A DNA stretch of 64,000 nucleotides from Bugula neritina (Eukaryota; Animalia; Bryozoa): contig OZ037767.1 of the NCBI GenBank assembly GCA_964035545.1, positions 18,382,259 through 18,446,258 on the forward strand. The letters are read 5' to 3'. Below, one piece after another: positions 1-11,300 of this stretch. Position numbers and translations under genes: made by a program. The notes under the pieces are model-generated. The model was not told the origin of the DNA. It worked only from the letters and a program-made list of their open reading frames with translations, and ran no database searches. Positions within the stretch are counted from its first letter, which is position 1. Each line of letters opens with the position of its first letter.

Positions 1-899
1 TTTTTCACTTGGTTTCAAAACGTTCAAACAATTGAAAACTTTTAATGCATAAAACATGGTGCTTCAAATGCAACAATTTGAAAAAAGGTGACAATGTAAA
101 ATGGCCAAATTTTCCATGGAAACCTGTCATTGTAGACAGACCTTTCGCAAGCTTACTACCTGGCCTTCTCTTTCTAAGGTTGGCTGGATAGCCTATAGAG
201 CAAAAACCTCCACCTAACAGCAAAGTATGACTCACCATATTTATTTACACCCGAAAGCTTTATCTGCAGTCATAAATTAGAATAAACAAGGTTTATCACA
301 GAAATGCTACACTCTGTGTAATAAAGAACGAATTTGAGTCACAAAACCACAATTTGCAAAAAAAAAAGATTTTGGCTTGGGAAAAATTACTGAAACAATT
401 ATGTTTATAAGAGCTAAAAACAAAATTTATTTAAGAGTGCAACAGCACTAGATTTACAGAGTTCATTAAACTCTTCAGAATCAAGATGATACTACAATGG
501 AAGCAAATTAAAAGAAAACTGAAAATAAAACTGAAAAATTGAATGAATTCTTATGCGTTGGGACTACAATCGGAGTTACTTACAGTAACTTTAATTGCAG
601 CAAAAATTTTGCTGAGTACAGCTAAACCTGTTTTATAATTTACAGCTTATAAACAGTTATTTATAACTTAGAATTATTGGGGTGGTTTCAATTTGAAACT
701 TTTTCCCAAAGTTTGGATAATCTCGTGGTTTAGTGAATACCTCCAATACCAACCATGCATAAAGTCAGGAAATAGTTTTGTGCTATATAAAAACAATAGA
801 ATACATGTGTCAATATCATCACGATTATCAATTACAAAAGTTATAATTGTTTTACCGGAAGCTCACTTTACAATTAGTAATATTGATTCATACTATAAA

Positions 900-1310
900 G
901 ATAGAAACCTACATAAACTTAAATCTATACTACATAAACTTAAAGATATAATACATAAACTTGAAAATATAATACACAAACTTGAAGATATAATACATAA
1001 ACTTGAAGATATAATATATAAACTTAAAAATATAATACATAAACTTAAAGATATAATGCATAAAATTGAAGATATAATACATAAACTTGAAGATATAATA
1101 CATAAACTTGAAAATGTAATACTTAAAATTGAAGATATAATACATAAACTTGAAGATATAATACATAAACTTGAAGATATAATCCATAAACTTGAAGATA
1201 TAATCCATAAACTTGAAGATATAATACATAAACTTAAAGATATAATACATAAACTTGAAAATGTAATACATAAACTTGAAGATAGAATACATAAACTTGA
1301 ATATATAATA
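900..1310. repeat. 21-bp minisatellite (consensus AAACTTGAAGATATAATACAT), ~19 copies
   Basis: Tandem array visible directly; it produces the repetitive ORFs 693..1379, 893..1321 and 930..1292. Confidence 0.95.
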
Positions 1311-3234
1311 CTAGCATGCACAGCTGACTACTGTCACGTTCACTTTGATTTATGGCTGCCAACTATACCAAAAGATTAAAGTAGTTTAGGCAGTTTATAT
1401 GAATTGTAACTCAAATTTTACGGTGGTTTGGCAGTTGCCCAGCTTACAGTTGTTCATAAAATGAAATAAGCTTCTACACTGTAAAATCCAGGCTTTTTTA
1501 ATTTTTCATCTGAAATTAAGGAGTAAAATCTTTGGTCTTTTAATTAATCTAGCAATTAAGTTGTAAGATGTTTAGCCCCATTAAATACTTCTAATAATTA
1601 ATGTTCTTTTCTAGCTATACAAAATTTACAACCAGAAACCTTCAACTGATTGCCATTGTTCGAATAGGACTTAAAAATTTTGTTAGTTTAGACTAAACTG
1701 GTGATTATTAAATATAAGAGATAAAATTTTGTTGAATTCAACTATTCAATGAGCCATCAAAGCAATATAATTTTAAATGAAGTTTTCATTAAAAATTCAA
1801 CTGACTTAATATACAGTGCAACCCTAACTGAATTTGTTAACAGGTTTCAACATAAAGAAATTTCATAGGATATTCGATCTATTCCATATGGCAACACAAT
1901 AAAAGCAGTACTGACTGAAGTTTTCCGGTAGAAAATTTCTACTGGAAAACTTCTACTAGAAATGTTTTGAAACTCATGCCATTCAACAAGGTGTAATAAT
2001 ATGAGATTAATGATTGAGAATAGTTCAAAACTTTTATCTAATTATCATTACTAAACATGAACCAATTAACAACCAAACTGACTTTGACCAATGAACAAGA
2101 AGCTACTGAGAACAAAAAGATTATTCTATTCTGGCCAGACATGATTTAAATGGAAGTTATATTAGAAAAAAGTGGAGAAGCATTTATATTTTGTTTTTCA
2201 ACAAATTAAAGGTAAAGGTAAAGAAAATGTGGTTATTGACATTTAAAAAGAAACTGTCAAAATAAAACCATGGGTCACTACTATAAAATTGAATTGAATT
2301 TATACTTGCATTATCTACATATGTATTTTACTAATGTACGCATGATATGCACCTTTGGTACTGACTTTAAACTAATATCCAACATGAATATTAGTTGAAT
2401 AATTTTGTATGACTGGATGAGTAAGATAAAGTTACGTTGACAACATATAACCTCAAGCAAGCATCAACACTTCAAATAAACAACATGATTTGCCATCATT
2501 CTTCCATTTCTAATGCTTTCAACCAATTTAAAGCAACTCCAAACAAATGTAAATACATAGTAATTGGTCCAACTACTTAAATGCTATCACTGTCTCTTAT
2601 ATTACTCTATACTTGGAAGAAATTTGAGCTGCACGCCATGATATATGTGAGAGGAAACAGGTTGTCACATGACTAGAACGTCTGCTTGAGACTAGGTCAC
2701 AGGTCACATGGTATTGTCTGAAGGAACTTTAGATCCTGTAGATAATAAATTGGTAATAAGCAAATTTACAAAGCAATTATAAACTGTAAAATATGTTTCT
2801 TTTAAATTTACCTTTCATTAAACATTGTATACAAAGTGCCAATATTGAGTGTCTAAAATGAGCTATTAACTCAAGTATCTAATCACATTCAACTTTTAAA
2901 AGCCTAGCTTTACTTCACATCATCAGAAAACAAGAAGGTTGCTCAACCTGCCCAGCCTATAGAGCTACATACATTCTAAAGACTGTAACATAAAGCAGCA
3001 TGTACACAGGCTGATTTTTTTTCAGCCGATTTTGTACTTGCCGATTTCGCTATTGCTGATTGAAAAATCAGCGATAAATCCAAGCTATTTCTATATCTAT
3101 TGTAGTGAGTCATGCAATGTACTAATATGAGAATCGTCCTCTCTCCGTTCTGGGAATACTAAGGCCCCTATGTAGTAACCAATTAGAAGAACCGGAAGAT
3201 ATGCTTCCGACTCATGTGACAGTTCCCGGGCAAT

Positions 3235-6200
3235 AGGCCATGTAAAACTCAGCCAATCAGCGAAGTGTACCAGGTCAATGTCTTACCATTGTAACTGATA
3301 TAAAATTCTGCAAGTTCAATTGCAAAATGCATGCTTCTAAAAGCTAGTTGTGCAACTTTTGTTTCATGCATTATTTAATTTCATATCTTAAATTGATGAC
3401 TCGTGAAATGATTTTTTAAAATGTCTAAATTAAGTGTTTATGAAATGCAATTAAAAATTGCTTGTCTAGAAAAATGACCTGGTACGCTTTTGCAACTTAA
3501 GGCCAATTATTACATAACTGCCAGCTTAGTAGTTATTTGTTGTTGCAGCTTGAATGGGTTATTGTTTAGCATTGGAAGCTTGCAGTAAACATCTGTGAAT
3601 TTGGTACATGACTTTGATTGGCTGGTTTTTGAATGGCCCTTTAATATATGCATCTGGATGGCTGGGTAGTGTAGACTCCGCCTACATCTAGCTAATGTAC
3701 AGTAGCCAATCCACAGTAGTATTACAAAATTTCTGTTTAACAAATGAAATGTTCTGGTCATTCGTTTTGTACTTTACAATAGTAAATATTCTATTCAACT
3801 AGAATTTTATTGTATGTAAGCCATGGGAACTACTAAGAGGTTAAATCAACCACCCATGCTGGTAATATTGTAGCACGCGGTAATAGCAAGTCCACACCAT
3901 ATAAATATACACATAAGCTATTATGTGCAGCTTATGAATGCTGAAATGACTCCATTTCTTACTTTCAATTTGAAAAAAATTGTATTACATATTCTGCCAC
4001 TTCTGCACCAGGAACTTGTTTTCCTTTTAAATTTTGAAAATAGTAGGCAGTTTCTGCAGCAGTCAACATCCACAATAAACAACGTAAGCTTTCAAATAAA
4101 CTATAAATATATGAAATATTAGTGTGGAAACAATGTAATTTATTCATTGCTATGATGAAAAATTACAAGAATATTATATAAAAGCTAGATATAGATTTCT
4201 AGTAAAATGGCACAGGTAAAAATAACACATTTTTACTTCAAATTCTAAATTTCATCAGTCACCAATGGTGGCTGTAGATTACAGAGAGCACAGCAAACTA
4301 TCATAATCTTGTCTAATAGAGGTGCCAACACCAAGTTCACACCTCCAGGACCATTTAAAATATTGAACTCCTTTATCCTTTTGATTGCTCTTTCGACATG
4401 GATTTGAAGGTTAGCAATCAACTTTGTTTGCAGTAACTGCATTTTAATCATTTGCAAATGGCCTCTTTTCCCAGGCGGTATGGCCAACTTGGCTCCAGCG
4501 CCTATAAGTTCTTTTTCAATAAGAAAGCCTCTATCTGCCATAACCACATCACCTGGGTTTATGAAGTCTAAGAACCCAGAGTCATTCACTACACACTTGT
4601 CTTAGGCTCTACCTCCCATTCCATGCGAAATAAAGCAGATAGTGCCCCTGGGTGTAATTGCAACCAAATAATTGATGGTGTTGGTCTTTTTATACTCACT
4701 CCATGTTAAAGATTGAGCCAGCTTTGATTGAGGCTTGCAAATGAATATTTCTGTGCAGTCTATAATGTACCTAATGTTAGCATATTGGCTTTTTAAGCTC
4801 AGAGGGATGTTCAGCTTCTCTCTTGTTGGAAAAACTATTAGATTGTTTAGTTCTCTTGCTAAAATATCTAATGTGTCTTTGAAGGTTTTGCTTGCTAGCA
4901 ATCTAGAGATATAAAAAAGGCCAGCAAGCATTTGAAACTGTAAACCCTGACGCAGCTTCATCAAAGCCAATAAAAGTTTATCTTGTCCTGTTAACTTTTT
5001 TCTGAGAGTGAGAACTTTCATCTTCGGACATATAAATCTAAATACAGTAAATAAAAAATGAAAATTAAATTATGATTCAAAATTATAATGTACAGTATGT
5101 GCTAAATAAATTTTGTGCTTAGTTTGTATTCATTCAGCAGTTTTTACCCTCTGGTAAGTAGCTTCAGTTATATTTTGCAAGAACTATGAAGTTCAAGAAC
5201 TGCTAGTTGAAGGCTTGACTCAATATATCACCATCCAAACAGAATGTAATGTGTGTCAACATGTGTTACGTAATACTGTAACAGTACATAATAAGCTAGC
5301 TGTCAGTACATGCTTTGAATGGAGTCATGAGTTTAAACAAATACTGTTGACAAACAATTATTACTTCATTTTATAATTATACTATAACTAATTCAAACCC
5401 ATATTATTTCTAGAATAGCATTTAATAATGTTTGTGAATAAGTGAAACTAGTAACAAGTGTAAACCATTTTAGTTTTAAACACTGAGTTAGTTTCAGCTA
5501 AAAATTAGATTAGGAGGCCACTTTTGATAAGCTTTAAAATAACCAAGGAAAATTTAAGTCAAAACAATTTACTTTTCCTGGAGAAAGTGAGTCAATTTGT
5601 CCACAAATAAAAGACTGCTGCTGGTTTAAATAAAACCCTAAACTAAATAAGTCAAAGCACACAGATGACCACTGTGGTATTTATGAATATCTTACATAAA
5701 ACAACATCTTTAATAAAAAATGTATGAATGATGCACTCATATTGTAACAAATTTAATTAAAATGACAGTTTTACTACACATCAAATTTAATCAATGTACA
5801 AATTTTAGCATAGTGAGACTTGCATTGTTTATTTGTAATAAACCGTAGTCTATCTTTGCAATAAGAAAATCATAATTTTTACCTTGCTAAAAAATAGTAT
5901 AGAGAACAAGTAGGTATTCCAGTATAGAATTTAGTTCGTTCATCTGTAGTGGTGAAAGTTTTAAAAACTTTTACTTTTTCAATAGTTGCTTTTTGTTTAA
6001 ACGTGGAACTTTTTGAGCTTTTTCTTCCAACTTTTGATTTTCGTCTATCAATAGAATGTGCAGATCTTTTTTTTTGAGTAGTTGATGATTCTGGTAACTC
6101 AGTTACTTCTGATGAAGTCTGACTATGAGGATGGCTGTCAGATGAGTTCTGTTGCTCTATATCAGCTGACTCTGTTGAAGACGTTTTCTGTTCGCTTCCT

Positions 6201-7400
6201 TCACATGTTTCATTAAAACCACTGTTTTTTGTGCGTCTTACATTATATGCATTAGTGCGTTGGTAACCCAAATGAAGGGTTGGAGTTGGATTTTGCTCAG
6301 TGGGCTGACCATCCTTATGATTATGATTATGATAGTCTGCTATGCTCTCTGTAATCTACAGCCACCATTGGTGACTGATGAAATTTAGAATTTGAAGTAA
6401 AAATGTGTTATTTTTACCTGTGTTATTTTATAGAAATCTATATCTAGCTTTTATATAATATTCTTGTAATTTTTTCATCATAGCAAGAACTAAATTACAT
6501 TGTTTCCACACTAATATTTCATATATTTATAGTTTATTTGAAAACTTACGTTGTTTATTGTGGATGCAGTTGACTGCTGCAGAAACTGACTACTATTTTC
6601 AAAATTTAAAAGAAAAACAAATTCCTGGTGCAGAAGTGGCAGAATATGTAAAACAATTTTTTCAAATTGAAAGTAAGAAATGGGGTCATTTCAGCATTCA
6701 TAAGCTGCACATAATAGCTTATGTGTATATTTATATGGTGTGGACTTGCTATTACTGTGAGCAACAATATTACCAGCATGAGTGGTTGATTTAACCTCTT
6801 AGTAGTTCCTATGACTTACATACAATAAAATTCTAGTTGAATAGAATATTTACTATTGTAAAGTACAAAACAAATGACCAGAATATTTCATTTGTTAAAC
6901 AGAAATTTTGTAATACTACTGTGGATTGGCTACTGTACATTAGCTAGATGTAGGCGGAGTCTACACTACCCAGCCATCCAGATGCATATACTAAAGGGCC
7001 ATTCAAAAACCAGCCAATCAAAGTCATGTACCAAATTCACAGATGTTTACTGCAAGCTTCCAATGCTAAACAATAACCCATTCAAGCTGCAACAACAAAT
7101 AACTACTAAGCTGGCAGTTATGTAATAATTGGCCTTAAGTTGCAAAAGTGTACCAGGTCATTTTTCTAGACATGCAATTTTTAATTGCATTTCATAAACA
7201 CTTAATTTAGACATTTTAAAAAATCATTTCACGAGTCATCAATTTAAGATATGAAATTAAATAATGCATGAAACAAAAGTTGCACAACTAGCTTTTAGAA
7301 GCATGCATTTTGCAATTGAACTTGCAGAATTTTATATCAGTTACAATGGTAAGACATTGACCTGGTACACTTCGCTGATTGGCTGAGTTTTACATGGTCT
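3235..7400 (-). mobile_element. ISL2EU/Harbinger-superfamily DNA transposon derivative with ~1.07-kb inverted arms (3235-~4308 and ~6325-7400)
   Basis: Termini AGGCCATGTAAAACTCAGCC / GGCTGAGTTTTACATGGTCT; AT TSD (3233-3234, 7401-7402) inferred from the intact LTR; DDE_Tnp_4-type transposase inside. An AT TSD with RR..YY ends is typical of ISL2EU. Confidence 0.88.
4245..6316 (-). pseudogene. ISL2EU-like transposase pseudogene (THAP tail + HTH + DDE), 2 exons (~6316-5883, 5037-4245), 5'-truncated, premature stop at 4602
   Basis: Motifs IIDCTEIF, VMADRGF and IHVERAIKRIKEFNIL; THAP C-terminal-like KDGQPTEQNPTPTLHLGY; GT-AG intron 5882-5038 joins in frame (FLAR/FICPKMK); GGRA*DK where GGRASDK is expected. 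Confidence 0.88.
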
Positions 7401-8368
7401 ATTAGCAATCATTACGTTGTTGTAAGCGAGGGCTTGAAGTAGAAACATGTGTTAGTAGTGACTGATGTTATAGTGTAATTTGATGTAATGTTTGTTTTGT
7501 ATTGCATTGTGGATAATAAAAGTAATTACTCGTCAGCTACCCTAGAAATTGCTAGTAGAATAGCCAACTAAATACGCAAGTAGAAAACTCACGCACAGTA
7601 ATTGCACAAATTACTACACTATAATTATCCATAAATTACTAAGCTACACTATTAACATCACTTACCAATTTTTTAAGCTATTTAGTTTAAAACTAAACGT
7701 TTAACTCAAGCATTATTGTTTATATAGTTAATGAAAACTCTAGAGTCTAGATCATGGCAAATCTGCTCTCCAAGAAAATATTTAAATTGTGAAATTGAGA
7801 TACCCGTACTAATACTGGTTACATGAATATAAAAACAACAACATATATACTAAAAGTTATAAATTATATTATACATGAGTAAAAGTTAAGAAAAATACTA
7901 ATTTTCTATTTTAAAAAACGAGCAATATTTAAGGAGTTTTCATGAATGTGAAACTAACTTTCTCAGAGTTACACAACAACCAATGCGTTATTACTACTAC
8001 TGCTATTGATAGTTATTTTTATAAATTGTATTTCATAAATGATGTGTCGCAGTGATAGCAATGTATTAATTACTTCCAGGTTGTATTTCAACAATGGCGT
8101 TAATTTCGCTCGCTGTTATGATTTTCTGTCACCTTTAGATTGGCTGGTTGAACAGAAAATCAGCCGATAAATTGAACATATTCAATTCTGAAAATCGCTT
8201 CAAAAATCAACCAAAAATCGGCTGATTTTTGAAAAATTGCTAACATTTTATCGGCCGATTTTCATGAAAAACCGGCCTGTGTACATGCAGCTTAAGAAAT
8301 CAGAATTTCATCAACAAGCATTATGAAGACACAATGTATACCAATGTGATGCATTACATTATAAAAAC

Positions 8369-11300
8369 TTACCATCCAGCAAGGTAATGTGGGGTAAGTG
8401 AGAACTTGATGACATAAGTAGGGTAGGCAGCGGCATCGTGGTACACAACAAATATGGTGGGAGAGTCAAGTTTATTAACAGTAGAGTGAAACCTCTCCGG
8501 AAGATTAGATCTATCAGTACTACTGTTACCAAGTTGGTACCTCCCTGTGGCCACTTGTGCTAGGATGATAGACTTGGTGGGCTCACTTTGTGAACTGTAT
8601 TGTATGGAATACTCTGACGTGGTGGAGAAATAACTCCCTTTACCATACACAGTCGCTAAAATAGTAGTCACCTAGTAGCTGTATACTAGTAGTAGTAACT
8701 GTATACTAGTAGTAGTAACTGTATAGTGGTAATAGTAACTGTATAGTAGTAATAGTTACTGTATACTAGTATCAGTAACTGTGTACTAGTAATAGTAACT
8801 GTATAGTAGTAATAGTAAACTCACCATTCTTGCCACAGTAGCTTCTATTGAACTCATACGTGCAGATTTTAGTCACACTGTCACAGTCTGTACCATGCCA
8901 CAACTCTCTCTCCACTGTCACCGGCCAGTCTGTTATCATATCATTCGCAATCTTCTCTTTCTGCGCTTCAAACTGCTGGTAAAGTCTGGCATTTTGAACT
9001 CGTAATATCTGTAGAATGTAGACATATATTAGATTACTATCTGTAGAATGTAGACATAGACTATATTACCATCAGTAGAATGTAGACATAGAGTATATTA
9101 CCATCAGTAGAATGTAGACATAGAGTATATTACTATCTGTAGAATGTAGACATATATTAGATTACTATCAGTAGAATGTAGACATATATTAGATTACTAT
9201 CAGTAGAATGGAGACATATATTAGATTACTATCAGTAGAATGTAGACATAGACTATATTACTATCTGTAGAATGTAGACATATATTATATAATAACACTT
9301 CTGTACATGGAATGAATGCCTAGCCAGTTTGATGCAATCCATACTTTTATCTTGTAGTAGACATGCCAAGTATCTCAGAATGTTACATTGAGAGACTGAC
9401 ATACTTAGACCGAATACCTCAGAAATGCTTAGTCTCCTGCTAAATGCACCAGATGTCACCAGGAACTTAGTCTTAACCCTCTGGTACTCAGAACTCTGGC
9501 TATAGAGCGCCACCATCAGTAGGCCAGTGTCCATATGCTCATCCTCCCAGTGTGAAGGTAATCCTAGGAATTAGAGTAACTCCTTATGATAGTCATGTGA
9601 CACCTGTCCGCTAATACTAAGCTGTTCAGAGTAGGAACTACTGGTTAAACAAGTATTCTGAAAAGACTAGAACTATAGACTATATACAGATGGAACACAG
9701 ACCTAAGGGCACAGCTATATACAGATGGAACACAGACCTAAGGGTACAGCTATATACAGGTGGAACACAGACCTAAGGGTACAGCTATATACAGATGGAA
9801 CACAGACCTAAGGGTACAGCTATATACAGATGGAATACAGACCTAAGGGTACAGCTGTATACAGATGGAACACAGACATAAGGGTACAGCTATATACAGA
9901 TGGAACACAGACCTAAGGGTACAGCTGTTGCTTTACGGTGTAGGATCTGCTGAATCTCATCCCTCATAGAGAAAGCATCTGCTTGCAGCCCTTCTATAAG
10001 TATGTCATTGTCCTCCAACTTAAATGTGACCTCCGTATTACATGACCTTGACATCTTGTAAATCCTGTTCACCTGAAGAAATTCAACTCTAAGTACTAGA
10101 CCACACCTCTAAGCCTAGGGCCACACTGTGCGTATTTTCGCATGCGAAAATTGAAACCACAGGTAGCAAAGGTGTCCACTGTAGCGTCAGTGATGCGTGA
10201 TAAATAAAGCTTTCATTTTTAAATCGCACTCGCTTTTAATAAAACGCAATTTACTGGAATATAGCACTAAAACAAAATTGGGCTCGCTAAATAACTACCA
10301 GCCAATTAGGTGACGACGACAGAGACGATTCGCACTTGCGTTCAGAATGCTGAGCGACAAGTGCGAATGATTTATCAACGCATACAGTGGACACCTTTGC
10401 TACTGGTGGTTTTAATTTTCGCATGCGAAAATACGCACAGTGTGGCCCTAGGCTAAGTACTAGACCACACCTCTAACTACTAGACCACACCTCTAAATAC
10501 TAGACCACACCTTCAAGTGCTAGACCACACAAAGTACATAATGCTAATTAACTAGTTGCATAGCAAAGTACATAATGCTAATTAACTAGTTATATAGCAA
10601 AGTACATAATGCTAATTAACTAGTTGTATAGCAAAGTACATAATGCTAATGAGGTAGTCATATAGCATAAATTCAGTGCTGACTGTCTATTTCTGAAAAT
10701 CTCTCAATTGAAAAAATGTTTGTAGAAATACATAAATGCTTCATTTGATAACATAAAAATGCTTGTTTAAAGTGTGAGAAGTACCTCAGCCTGAGTTAGC
10801 TCGGACACCAACTCTCTCAAGGGAGACAATTTCGTATCACATGTCACAAGACACTGATCTACATCACGGAGTAGTTTAACTGCCTTCTGCACGTCATCAT
10901 CTTTGAAACCAATCACCTCCACCCTGATTTCTCCAGTTGGCTCATGACTCGGGATAACAACTTTGGGTAAAACTTTTCTCGGCTGTTGAAGGATTGCAGA
11001 CGGCTGGGGTTGGTAACGAGCCAGCTCTTTCATGAATGCCTGGCATTTCATGTAGAATACATCAAATTCTTAGTAACTATTGTGCGTGTTGAGAAATATT
11101 GAAAGATTTTATTTTTATTTTAACTGGTGCCCAGCTCGAGGAATTTGATCCCCCAATTTGCAAGAAGACAAAGGTTCATTTAACCTTATAGCACCTACAG
11201 GCAACAGTGCTGTGGAAACTTAAGCGCACACACTTTAGTTCATGATTTAAAAAAAATAAGTGTTCAGTAATAAGAGACCTTTAAAAGAAAAACTAAGCCA

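Larger units (their letters stand above)
3101..7618 (+). mobile_element. Gypsy solo LTR (same family as the 16965-22389 element), split into 3101-3234 and 7401-7618 by a DNA transposon
   Basis: TGTAGTGAG...TTACTACA termini; CTAT TSD at 3097-3100 and 7619-7622; both halves match the reverse complement of LTR 22038-22389. Confidence 0.93.
2994..8292. mobile_element. PIF/Harbinger-type non-autonomous element (MITE, ~0.78 kb without nested inserts); outer layer of a TE nest
   Basis: 18-bp TIRs AGCAGCATGTACACAGGC (from 2994) and GCCTGTGTACATGCAGCT (ending 8292), one mismatch; TAA TSD at 2991-2993 and 8293-8295; subterminal CAGCCGAT-like repeats. Confidence 0.88.

Noticed and set aside
5-2740. Possible minus-strand exons near 130-190 and 2615-2735
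   Set aside because: No consistent reading frame or recognisable domain could be built.
3510-7125. Near-identical 83-aa ORFs on opposite strands (3510..3761, 6874..7125) and the pair 3965..4147 / 6558..6794
   Set aside because: By-products of the inverted duplication; the second pair differs by frameshifting indels and none has recognisable motifs.
8672-10668. CRISPR-like appearance of 20-35 bp repeat arrays
   Set aside because: Units are head-to-tail with no unique spacers, there are no cas genes, and the context is eukaryotic introns.
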